From NCBI GenBank assembly GCA_051749005.1, contig JBNJIC010000001.1, forward strand, positions 1 through 38,682: a stretch of DNA of 38,682 nucleotides, in the 5' to 3' direction. This document shows, piece after piece, positions 9,237-17,749 of this stretch. The first letter of the stretch is position 1. The number at the start of each line of letters is the position of its first letter. The notes under the pieces are model-generated. The model was not told where the DNA came from. It ran no database searches and saw only the letters and a program-made list of their open reading frames with translations. The DNA is from Halobacteriota archaeon (GTDB taxonomy: Archaea > Halobacteriota > Methanosarcinia > Methanosarcinales > Methanosarcinaceae). Both the position numbers and the translations under genes were made by a program.

Positions 9237-9629
9237 ATGTTTCCAATAATAGCCGTTGACATTTCAGGTCGTCACAGGATAGGGCAGGGGTACTATATGG
9301 TCTGTGCTGCTGTTGCGGTTGATGTATCCGCAAGTCATATAGAGTCCGTATCCCAGATAGCTATCAAACCGTTCCTGACCTCTTCAGCACCAGGGGTTGC
9401 TGATGTTGTCAGTATCATTGAAACAACTGTTGCGGAGATCAAATATCCGGGCACTATCATAGTAGAACATGGAGATCTTTACAACCAGCCGGAATGGATT
9501 TCACAGAAAATGTTCTCGCGTGAGTTCAAGTATCAGGAATCTTTGAGTGAGAGGCTGGCAATAGAGTTTGCTCACCACGTATCTTTGAGCTCGAGAAATC
9601 TTCTTATGAAAGAACTGGGTATTGCCTGA
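9237..9629 (+). CDS. Conserved methanogen protein (DUF2209-like)
   Basis: IIAVDISGRH...AHHVSLSSR pattern recalled for this family. Clean ORF upstream of hflX. Confidence 0.6.
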   Translation: MFPIIAVDISGRHRIGQGYYMVCAAVAVDVSASHIESVSQIAIKPFLTSSAPGVADVVSIIETTVAEIKYPGTIIVEHGDLYNQPEWISQKMFSREFKYQESLSERLAIEFAHHVSLSSRNLLMKELGIA

Positions 9630-9673
9630 TTGCTTGATTGTCTGATTGTATGATGATTTTTAAGGATTTTAAT

Positions 9674-10924
9674 ATGAAAAAAGCCATTGTTGTTCAGCGA
9701 AACGATCCGAAAGCAGATAATGCAGATAATGAGCGGAAGTTGGCAGAGCTTAAAGAGCTGGCGTATGCAGTAGATTATGTGGTAGTGGGTTCATTGATCC
9801 AGTCCCGATATCCTGACAGGAATTTCCAGGTCGGGCGTGGTAAGGTGGAGGAACTTGCGGCTCTTGTGGAGACTCTGGAAGCTGAGAAGGTGATCTTTAA
9901 CAACCAGCTTTCAACGACCCAGATATACAATATTTCCGAGACATGTAAATGTGAAGTGATGGACAGGTTCCAGCTTATCCTTGAAATATTTGCTGCACGG
10001 GCAACTACAAGGCGTGCAAAATTGCAGGTGGAACTTGCAAAGTTACAATATGAACTCCCCAAGGCCAAAGCTATCGTTTCCCTTCTCAAGAAGGAAGAAA
10101 GACCTGGTTTCATGGGTCTTGGAGGGTATGAGGATTCATATGAGCAGGACATCAAGAAAAGAATTGTCAGAATCAGGGCCGAACTCATGCACTCTTGCAA
10201 AGGAAGTGAATCCCTCCGGTCCTTCAGGCATGAGAGAGGTTTTTCACTTGTGGCACTGGCAGGTTATACCAATGCAGGTAAGAGTACCCTTTTCCAGGTT
10301 CTTGTGAAGGAAGGTACTATCGTAGAGGATATGCTCTTTACAACGCTGTCACCTACAACCCGTTCTCTCACTATCAACCATCGCAAGTTACTTCTTACAG
10401 ACACTGTGGGCTTTATAGAAGACCTCCCTCACTGGATGGTGGATGCTTTCCGTTCAACGCTTGATGAGATCTTCCTGGCTGATATCATCCTTCTTGTAGT
10501 GGATATGAGTGATCCGGTGGAGGTCATAAGGCAAAAGCTTGCAGTAAGCCATGATATCTTCTGGAAGAGAACAGGGGGCGCTGCAATAGTCACTGCTCTT
10601 AACAAGACCGATCTGCTGCCCGATGAGGGTCTGCAGGAGAAACTGAAAGCTATCAGTTATCTTGCTCCGAATCCGGTGATGATATCTGCAGTATCGGGAA
10701 AGGGTATTGATGAGCTTAAGCAGCTTTTGTACGAAAAACTGCCTGAATGGGAACATTCACGGATTTCCATTCCAATGTCCAAAGAAGGCATGTCTTTGGT
10801 CTCATGGCTTTATGATGAAGGAATAGTTCACTCTATCGAATACGGGGATTCTATCATTATGGAAATAGAGGCGCGTAATGAGGTCATTCAAAAAGTAAAA
10901 CGATTTAATATATTTTCTGAATAA
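9674..10924 (+). CDS. hflX: Ribosome-associated GTPase HflX
   Basis: DRFQLILEIF, QVELAKLQY, G1 GYTNAGKST, LFTTL, G3 DTVGFI, G4 NKTD, G5 ISA. Confidence 0.95.
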   Translation: MKKAIVVQRNDPKADNADNERKLAELKELAYAVDYVVVGSLIQSRYPDRNFQVGRGKVEELAALVETLEAEKVIFNNQLSTTQIYNISETCKCEVMDRFQLILEIFAARATTRRAKLQVELAKLQYELPKAKAIVSLLKKEERPGFMGLGGYEDSYEQDIKKRIVRIRAELMHSCKGSESLRSFRHERGFSLVALAGYTNAGKSTLFQVLVKEGTIVEDMLFTTLSPTTRSLTINHRKLLLTDTVGFIEDLPHWMVDAFRSTLDEIFLADIILLVVDMSDPVEVIRQKLAVSHDIFWKRTGGAAIVTALNKTDLLPDEGLQEKLKAISYLAPNPVMISAVSGKGIDELKQLLYEKLPEWEHSRISIPMSKEGMSLVSWLYDEGIVHSIEYGDSIIMEIEARNEVIQKVKRFNIFSE

Positions 10925-10947
10925 TATTGAATAAAATCCGACATTCG

Positions 10948-10974
10948 TTCGTAATAATACGAAACATTTATAAA
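10948..10974 (+). promoter_or_regulatory. Palindromic box TTCGTA-N4-TACGAA plus BRE/TATA of putative sRNA copy 1
   Basis: TTCGTA(10948-53)-ATAA-TACGAA(10958-63), then TTTATAAA (10967-74) starting 30 nt before the stem. Confidence 0.65.
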
Positions 10975-10996
10975 GGTTGCTGCCGTTTGTATGTTT

Positions 10997-11082
10997 GCGA
11001 ACGGGTTTTCTTAATAAATCCTCTTAAGTACTACACCATAAAATCCCCAATTTATTCGACTTGGTTCTCCCGTTCGCTTTTT
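10997..11082 (+). ncRNA. Putative structured small RNA, copy 1
   Basis: Ends pair perfectly (GCGAACGGG 10997-11005 / CCCGTTCGC 11069-11077), followed by T5. TATA box at canonical distance. A paralog lies 256 nt downstream. Confidence 0.65.
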
Positions 11083-11203
11083 GTTCTTTTGTTCTTTTAG
11101 AAATTTATAATTTTATTATTCTGTTTCTTTTTAACAATTATGAAACATGATGCAAACTATTCGTCATGTCTTTTGAATAATATTAACAAACACTTAATAT
11201 TAG

Positions 11204-11229
11204 TTCGTATTTATCCGAAAAGTATATAT
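11204..11229 (+). promoter_or_regulatory. Near-palindromic box TTCGTA-N4-TCCGAA plus BRE/TATA of putative sRNA copy 2
   Basis: TTCGTA(11204-09)-TTTA-TCCGAA(11214-19), then TATATAT (11223-29). Same offsets (49 and 30 nt) to the stem as in copy 1. Confidence 0.62.
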
Positions 11230-11252
11230 GTGTTCATAACGTTTGTATATTT

Positions 11253-11337
11253 GCGAACGGGTTTCTTCATACATCCCCTGAGTACTACACCACAAATCCC
11301 CTATGTAATCGACTTGATTCATCCCGTTCGCTTTTTT
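11253..11337 (+). ncRNA. Putative structured small RNA, copy 2
   Basis: GCGAACGGG (11253-61) / CCCGTTCGC (11323-31) stem followed by T6. Shares AGTACTACACCA, TCCCC and TCGACTTG blocks with copy 1. Confidence 0.65.
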
Positions 11338-11425
11338 ACATTTATCCTCCTATTTTTTCTTTTTTTGTCATTTATGCAAAGCATTCTTCAAAAACTTTAT
11401 AACATGAGAGCACTGCATTCACTAT

Positions 11426-12100
11426 ATGCGCATTGATCTCCATGTTCATTCCTGCTTTTCAAAAGACAGTAATGCCAGCTTAGACTCGATTCTTGAATTT
11501 GCAAAGAAGAACGGTCTTGATGGTATTGCTATATGTGATCACGATACACGTGAGGGAGGCCTTGCCTGTGTTAAAAAGGCAAAGGAGCTGGGCTCTGATA
11601 TTATTGTGATCCCGGGTATAGAGGTGACTTCTTCTAAAGGGCACATTCTTGTGCTTGATTCCGACGGGGACATTGAATCGGGTATGACTCCTGAGGAGAC
11701 CATAGAGCGTGCAAGGGATCTTGGGGCAGTTGTGATAATACCTCATCCTTTTAAGATAACTTCACATGGGATCGGTTATGTCAAGGGGCTCGATGCTGAT
11801 GCTGTAGAAGTACTGAATTCCCGTTGTGTTACAGGCGGTGCCAACAACAAAGCAAAAAAAGTAACAGGAGAACTCGGAATCCCACAGGTAGGAGGGAGTG
11901 ATTCACATGAAGCCAGGATGGTGGGTTGTTCCTACACTGAAGTTTATGTTTCGGAAAGGACTCCTGATGCTGTACTTCAGGCAATACGTGATGGAAAGGT
12001 AACTCCGGGAGGATGCAGAACTCCTGTTTCTTATGTTCTCAAGCAAATGATAGTTGGTAAAATTAAAAAGTTCAAGCTGGCTCTTGGAATAAGAACCTGA
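11426..12100 (+). CDS. PHP-domain metal-dependent phosphoesterase
   Basis: DLHVHS, AICDHD, PGIEV, GHIL, PHPF and GGSDSH motifs. Confidence 0.9.
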   Translation: MRIDLHVHSCFSKDSNASLDSILEFAKKNGLDGIAICDHDTREGGLACVKKAKELGSDIIVIPGIEVTSSKGHILVLDSDGDIESGMTPEETIERARDLGAVVIIPHPFKITSHGIGYVKGLDADAVEVLNSRCVTGGANNKAKKVTGELGIPQVGGSDSHEARMVGCSYTEVYVSERTPDAVLQAIRDGKVTPGGCRTPVSYVLKQMIVGKIKKFKLALGIRT

Positions 12101-12174
12101 ATCTTTTGTTCAGAGCTTATCTTTGTACCTTGATAAAACACATTCATACAGATGAGATAGTAGAGAATTTCTTA

Positions 12175-13194
12175 TTATTCCTGAAGATATTCTTCGTTGA
12201 ACATTTTCAGTATAAGAAGGAACATTGATATCAACAATGGTCCTACGACGATACCCACGATACCGAAAAGGTAGATTCCCACGAATATTCCCAGCAGGGA
12301 AATAAAAGGGTGCATTGCACCTACTTTTTTCTGAATGAAAGGCCTGAGAAAATTATCAATGTTACTGATAATAATCCCTACCACAAGGATTGCAAAACCT
12401 GCAACATAATTCTTCATAGCGAACTGAATGATTGTTGCAGGTATCCATACAAGAGGTGCGCCGACTACCGGAAGGAATGAAAGGATCGTAGTAACAGCTC
12501 CCCAGAAGGTTGCCCCTTCTATACCGACTGCATAGAAGGTAAGTCCAAGCAGAAATCCCTGAAGGACGGCAATCAATAATGTGGCAATAAGGGTTGATTG
12601 TATGACATTTTTGAGTTCATTCAGGAGTTTATCAGTGTTCCTGTTGTTGAATGGGACGAATCCCTTAAGCCTGGTGTCAAATCCGGTGTTCGTGGATGTG
12701 AACAGGTAGTATAGTAAAAAGAACATTATAGTAAGGGATATTATCTGTCCGCTGATATTCTGTAAGGCAGACAGAAGGTAACCACTCAGGTATGTGCCTG
12801 TAGTTGATACAATATTGACCATTCTTTCCCGGATGTTCAGGTCAGGTGCAAGCTCGTTAAGATAATTGATGTTTTCTGTGATGTCAACATAACTGATATT
12901 GGTTACAATGCTGGCGATAACAGCCTCTAGTTCCTCTATAATAGATACAAAGAGGAAATACATGGGCAATAGTACCAGTATTAATGATAGCAGCATAACT
13001 GAGATCGCAGACATGTCCTTACGAAGCTTCAATTTTTCTGTAAGCAGGCAATATACCGGTTTGAAGATCACGTAAAGGATGAATGCCCCAAGAAAAGCAT
13101 TGATGTATGGGAGAAGTGCGTAACTTAGCACAACTGCAAGTATAATAATGGCCAGGAGCGCTAAGACCATCTTTACAGATCTCTCTTTTCTCAT
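12175..13194 (-). CDS. AI-2E family (PerM-like) transporter
   Basis: SFLPVVGAPLVWIP, IDNFLRP, MHP and GIVGIVVGP motifs; polytopic membrane protein. Confidence 0.9.
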   Translation of the reverse strand: MRKERSVKMVLALLAIIILAVVLSYALLPYINAFLGAFILYVIFKPVYCLLTEKLKLRKDMSAISVMLLSLILVLLPMYFLFVSIIEELEAVIASIVTNISYVDITENINYLNELAPDLNIRERMVNIVSTTGTYLSGYLLSALQNISGQIISLTIMFFLLYYLFTSTNTGFDTRLKGFVPFNNRNTDKLLNELKNVIQSTLIATLLIAVLQGFLLGLTFYAVGIEGATFWGAVTTILSFLPVVGAPLVWIPATIIQFAMKNYVAGFAILVVGIIISNIDNFLRPFIQKKVGAMHPFISLLGIFVGIYLFGIVGIVVGPLLISMFLLILKMFNEEYLQE

Positions 13195-13322
13195 CACATC
13201 TCATCATATTTTATTATATTTATAGTGTTCGAAGACTATGTGCAGTTAGTGTGGCATTTGATGACAAAATGTTATGATAATGGAATAAGTTAAGTGCTCT
13301 TACCAAAGAATCAGAACAAATA

Positions 13323-14861
13323 TCATACAGGAAGCAGGACCGTAAATGTAGTACCCACTCCAACTTCACTCTCCACAGATATCTCACCCATATGTGCTTC
13401 AATTATCTTCTTGCATATATGAAGCCCAACGCCTGTACCGCCATACTTTCTTCGGGTCGATCCGTCGGCCTGATAGAAGTTACTGAATATATTAGGCAGT
13501 ATCTCTTCCGGGATCCCGATACCGGTGTCTGCGATCTTAACTTCTATGGTATCATCATAGTGAGAGGAGGATAACGTAATCTTTCCTCCGGTTTGTGTGA
13601 ATTTGATTGCGTTGTCGAGAAGGTGACTGAACATCCTTTCCAGATGTTCCATATCTCCCAAAATAGCAGGAAGGTTTTTTGGAATGTTATTTTCAATTAT
13701 AAGTTCCTTCTTTTCCAGATATAGTTTACGGTCTTCTATGATATCTTCGATAAGTTTTGAAGGATAAAGCGGGATTATGTTGTACTTTATTTTCTGTGTG
13801 CGTTCACCACTCACGTACAGGAGTGAGTCTATAAGATGCCTTAACCTCTCCGTATTTCTAAGTACCGTATCAAGAGCATTTTTTTGTGAATCGTTTATTG
13901 TTCCAAGTTTCTCTTCCATTAAAAGCTCACAGAAGCCTTTAATTGATATCAATGGAGTCCTCAGTTCATAATTAAGATTAGTCAGGAACTGGTCCTTTAT
14001 GTTGTCTAGCAATTTGAGCTCAGTGTTAGCTTCTTCCATTGCATTTTCTGCAAGTTTTCTTTCTGTGATATCGTCACCTGAGCTAATGGTCCCTACGATG
14101 TTCATGTTGTCATCACGAAGGACAACGTCATGCCAGAGTACCCATCTTTCTCCTTTTTTGGTAATGATAGGTTTCTCTGAGAATTCGGGTGGTTCAATAA
14201 TACCATCAATAACTCCCATGTAACCTTTTTTGATATCTTCTCTGATGTATTCCGGTACGAAAACATCGAACCAGTTCTGTCCAAGAACTTCTTCTTTTGA
14301 GTAACCGAGGACATCACAAGCTTTCCGGTTTACAAAAGTTACCCTGAAATTTCTGTCAACAACCCCGATGATCGAACCTGCGACATCGATATAGGTTTGT
14401 ACCTCATCTCTTTCTTTGACAAGCTGATCATGGAGATGGCGCATACGGAGAAGCGATCGTACTCTTGTGTTAAGTTCAAGTTCGTCAACAGGTTTTATGA
14501 GAATGTCATCTGCATCTTCTTTAATGGCTTTTGATAGATCTTCTTTTTCAAAAAGTGATATGACCATGATCACGGGAATAAGCTCATTGTTGAGCTTATT
14601 TTTTATAGCTTTGCAGATTTCATCTCCTTTCATATCAGGAAGTTGACTCCCAATGATGACTAGCTCGGGATCGTCTTTAGTTACCATTCGGAGGGCTTCG
14701 TGACCTCTGGCAGCCCTGATCACATCGTAGTCTTCAGAAAGAACAATGCTCAGGCTTTCAGAATCCTGGTCATTTGCTTCTACAACAAGGATCTTTGGTC
14801 GGGATCTTCCAATGTTTTCCTGAATACTTGTTTTCATTAACGCACCCGTATGTTCCATCAA
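13323..14861 (-). CDS. Receiver-PAS-HisKA-HATPase hybrid sensor kinase-like protein with degenerate phosphoacceptor sites
   Basis: REC fold (KILVVE..PELVIIG..LPDMKG..ADDILIKP), PAS (FVNRKACDVLGYSKEEVLGQNW..DITERK), H-box NLNYELRTPL, N box LLDNAIKFT, DTGIGI, GGTGVGL. Start uncertain. Confidence 0.88.
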   Translation of the reverse strand: MMEHTGALMKTSIQENIGRSRPKILVVEANDQDSESLSIVLSEDYDVIRAARGHEALRMVTKDDPELVIIGSQLPDMKGDEICKAIKNKLNNELIPVIMVISLFEKEDLSKAIKEDADDILIKPVDELELNTRVRSLLRMRHLHDQLVKERDEVQTYIDVAGSIIGVVDRNFRVTFVNRKACDVLGYSKEEVLGQNWFDVFVPEYIREDIKKGYMGVIDGIIEPPEFSEKPIITKKGERWVLWHDVVLRDDNMNIVGTISSGDDITERKLAENAMEEANTELKLLDNIKDQFLTNLNYELRTPLISIKGFCELLMEEKLGTINDSQKNALDTVLRNTERLRHLIDSLLYVSGERTQKIKYNIIPLYPSKLIEDIIEDRKLYLEKKELIIENNIPKNLPAILGDMEHLERMFSHLLDNAIKFTQTGGKITLSSSHYDDTIEVKIADTGIGIPEEILPNIFSNFYQADGSTRRKYGGTGVGLHICKKIIEAHMGEISVESEVGVGTTFTVLLPV

Positions 14862-14894
14862 TGGGATGGGTATTACAGTAAATAAAATTATTTT

Positions 14895-14956
14895 ATAAGA
14901 TTTTTAAAATATGTTTTCTTCAGTAAAAAAAAGAAAACATATTTTAAAAATCTTAT
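14895..14956. repeat. Perfect 26-bp inverted repeat with 10-nt loop
   Basis: ATAAGATTTTTAAAATATGTTTTCTT (14895-14920) - CAGTAAAAAA - AAGAAAACATATTTTAAAAATCTTAT (14931-14956). Confidence 0.92.
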
Positions 14957-14968
14957 TTCTGTTATATG

Positions 14969-16105
14969 TTACTTGAGAAGGCCTATATTTTCTTTCTTGA
15001 TCACATGGTCATAGTTCTTGTATCCAAGGATCTCGGTTATCATGTCCGTGTGTTTACCCTTTATGGCCTCCAGTTCTTCGGATGTGTAATCAGTAATACC
15101 TTTTCCAAATACTTTTCCATCACATTCCAGCTTAACTATGTCACCTCTGTCAAAATAACCTTCTACTTCCATGACACCTGATGGTAGCAGGCTCATGCTG
15201 CTTGAGATGGCATCTTTCGCTCCTGAATCGACTGTAATGGTCCCAGAAGCCTTTCCAAGTATAATCCAGCGGATCCTATTCTTGTGAACGAATTGGTTTG
15301 CAAGGAATAGCGTTCCGATAGTTTCTCCGGAAAGCACCCTGGTTATCACATTGTCAGTATTACTGTTTGCAATGACCATATAGCAGCCGGACATATTACA
15401 GATCTTTGCAGCTGCTATTTTCGTGCGCATGCCTCCAACACCTTTCATACTGGTAGGGCTTCCGCCATAGCTTTCGATTGTGGGTGTGATCTCTTCCACA
15501 GTGTTTAGTAGGACAGCGTCATCATGTCGCTTTGGGTTTTTGTTATATAGGCCTTCAATATCTGTAAGAAGTATCAGTATATCTGCTTCTGTTTTACTTG
15601 CAACCATTGCTGAAAGTTTATCATTATCGCCTAGGGTCGCTTCGATCTCATGGACGCATATCGGATCGTTCTCGTTGATGATAGGGATGACGCCGTAGCT
15701 CAATAGGGTGGAGATACTGTTCCTGAGGTTGAGGTATGTTAACCTGTTTGTGAATGAATCGTATGTCAACAGTATCTGCGCTACGTTAAGGTCGTACTTG
15801 CTGAAAGCTTCCATCCAGTGCTGCATCAAAAATCCCTGTCCTACAGCAGCAGCTGCCTGTCGCACAGGTATCTCCTTTGGGCGGCAGTTAAGCTTCAGTA
15901 TCTCTATGCCGATCCCAATTGAACCGGAACTTACCAGTATTACCTGCTTTCCGGCATTATGCATTTCAGATACCTGTGATGCGACCTTTTCCATAAATTC
16001 TGTATTAAGGCTTCCATCTTCGTTGCTGATCGAGGTCGTACCCAGCTTGATGACTATTTTTTTAGCATCATCCAGTATATCTTTTCTATTGATCAAAGCG
16101 GACAC
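14969..16105 (-). CDS. proB: Glutamate 5-kinase with C-terminal PUA domain
   Basis: IVIKLGT, LVSSGS, AAAAVGQ, PIINEND, GDNDKLSA, GGMRTKIAAA and PUA region VDSGA..SLLPSG. Confidence 0.96.
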   Translation of the reverse strand: MSALINRKDILDDAKKIVIKLGTTSISNEDGSLNTEFMEKVASQVSEMHNAGKQVILVSSGSIGIGIEILKLNCRPKEIPVRQAAAAVGQGFLMQHWMEAFSKYDLNVAQILLTYDSFTNRLTYLNLRNSISTLLSYGVIPIINENDPICVHEIEATLGDNDKLSAMVASKTEADILILLTDIEGLYNKNPKRHDDAVLLNTVEEITPTIESYGGSPTSMKGVGGMRTKIAAAKICNMSGCYMVIANSNTDNVITRVLSGETIGTLFLANQFVHKNRIRWIILGKASGTITVDSGAKDAISSSMSLLPSGVMEVEGYFDRGDIVKLECDGKVFGKGITDYTSEELEAIKGKHTDMITEILGYKNYDHVIKKENIGLLK

Positions 16106-16115
16106 CTTTTTAATA

Positions 16116-17465
16116 TCAATTGTTCAGAATTTCTGAAAGCTTTGTGTCAAGCAATCTATGGGTAAATGGCTTTGGTTCATCACCTGCATAATCTGCGACC
16201 TTATCCCCATTACCTAACAGGACATACTTGTAAATAACAAGTCCTTCCATTCCAACAGGTCCGCGTGCATGTATCTTGTTAGTGCTGATGCCAACCTCTG
16301 CACCTTTGCCGTAGCGGAATCCGTCTGCAAATCTGGTGGATGCATTGACCATTACACTTGAAGAATCCACAAGTTCGATGAACTGTTTTCTTTTTGCTTT
16401 ATCTTCTGTGATAATCGCATCTGTATGGTGGGATCCATATTTGTTGATATGTTCAATCGCTTCCTCAATCGCTTCCACGATCTTTATTGAAAGGATCAGT
16501 TCGTTATATTCGGTCTTCCAGTCTTCTTCAGTTGCCTTTTTGATGTTACTCAGACCAAGTTTTTCTGCAATTGCGTATGAATCCTCATCAAATCGAAGTT
16601 CAACACCAGCTTCATCATACCTTTTCATCATTTCAGGCATGAATTCTTCAGCAATTTCCCTGTTTATCAGCAGTGTTTCCACAGCATTGCATACTGCGGG
16701 GTACTGCACTTTTGAATCAAGGCATACGTCGTATGCTTTGTTCATATTTGCACTGTTGTCAACATATACATGGCATATACCGTCTGCATGACCGAGGACC
16801 GGTATTCTGGTATTTTCCTGTATGAATTTCACAAATTCATTGGATCCGCGTGGGACCAAGAGATCAATGTAGTCATCCTGTGCAAGGAGGTCCATTACTT
16901 CCTCTCTTGTTTCCATGAGCTGGAATGCTCCATTTGGTATCCCTTCTGTATTTTCCATGGTGGTTACAAGAATATCAAATATTGTTCGGTTGGAGTTAAG
17001 TGCTTCACTTCCACCTTTGAATATTGTGGCATTACCGCTCTTTAAGCAGAGGGACATGATCTGCGGAACAACGTCCGGACGTGATTCAAAAATAACTCCT
17101 ATAAGGCCGATAGGGCAACTTACCTGATATAGGTCCAGTCCGGTGTCAAGTTCAAGTGTTTCTAGTGTTTTCCCGGAAGGATCTTCCAGCCTGATAACAT
17201 CACGAATACCGCTTATCATTCCATCTATCTTTGAATTGCTGACCTTAAGGCGGTCCACAAGTGCCTGTGAGAGCTTACCTTCAGCCATCATCTTTTCAGC
17301 TTCTTCCAGGTCAGCTTTGTTTGCTTCAAATATCCTGTCGCGGTTTTCGTCAAGTGCATTGGCCATGGCCTCAAGAGCCTTGTCCTTTGTTTGAGTGTCT
17401 ACACTTGCAAGTGTAATGGATGCCATTTTTGCTTCCATTACTTTCCTTTCTATCTCTGTAGCCAT
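16116..17465 (-). CDS. proA: Gamma-glutamyl phosphate reductase
   Basis: PIGLIGVIFESRP, KGGSEA, VPRGS, CNAVETLL, SHHTDAI, NASTRFADG, ISTNKIHARGPVG. Confidence 0.96.
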   Translation of the reverse strand: MATEIERKVMEAKMASITLASVDTQTKDKALEAMANALDENRDRIFEANKADLEEAEKMMAEGKLSQALVDRLKVSNSKIDGMISGIRDVIRLEDPSGKTLETLELDTGLDLYQVSCPIGLIGVIFESRPDVVPQIMSLCLKSGNATIFKGGSEALNSNRTIFDILVTTMENTEGIPNGAFQLMETREEVMDLLAQDDYIDLLVPRGSNEFVKFIQENTRIPVLGHADGICHVYVDNSANMNKAYDVCLDSKVQYPAVCNAVETLLINREIAEEFMPEMMKRYDEAGVELRFDEDSYAIAEKLGLSNIKKATEEDWKTEYNELILSIKIVEAIEEAIEHINKYGSHHTDAIITEDKAKRKQFIELVDSSSVMVNASTRFADGFRYGKGAEVGISTNKIHARGPVGMEGLVIYKYVLLGNGDKVADYAGDEPKPFTHRLLDTKLSEILNN

Positions 17466-17711
17466 AAAGTGATCACCTTGTGAAAAGATAATGTAATAAT
17501 TGTTTGGGGTCTTGTTACCCCTCTCTGATTTTAATGCTTTGGATGATGATTACTTTACTCATATAATTATCGATTTACCCGCTGTTATTTTTATGAATAT
17601 GATAACTCGATGGTTTTTCATTTTAAGTGATTGTCCTTAAACAAAGCCTTCGCTAACCAGATGTTGTGCCAGGTAAAAAAAGAGGACTGATATCCGAATC
17701 AAAAAAGATAG

Positions 17712-17733
17712 AAAAAAAGCAGGCAAAGCCTGC
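17712..17733 (-). terminator. Hairpin plus T7 terminator of the mcr operon
   Basis: On the minus strand, GCAGGC-TTT-GCCTGC is followed by TTTTTTT, 16 nt after the mcrA stop. Confidence 0.75.
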
Positions 17734-17749
17734 CTTTTCAAATTTGTAT

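Noticed and set aside
10997-11331. CRISPR mini-array or MITE reading of the duplicated element
   Set aside because: Only two ~80-nt diverged units about 175 nt apart and no cas genes. Promoter elements outside the inverted termini are co-conserved, which a MITE would not explain. A MITE is disfavoured but not fully excluded.
11140-11436. 98-aa ORF spanning sRNA copy 2
   Set aside because: Low-complexity F/I/L sequence derived from T-tracts. The paralogous copy 1 differs by single-base indels that do not preserve a frame.
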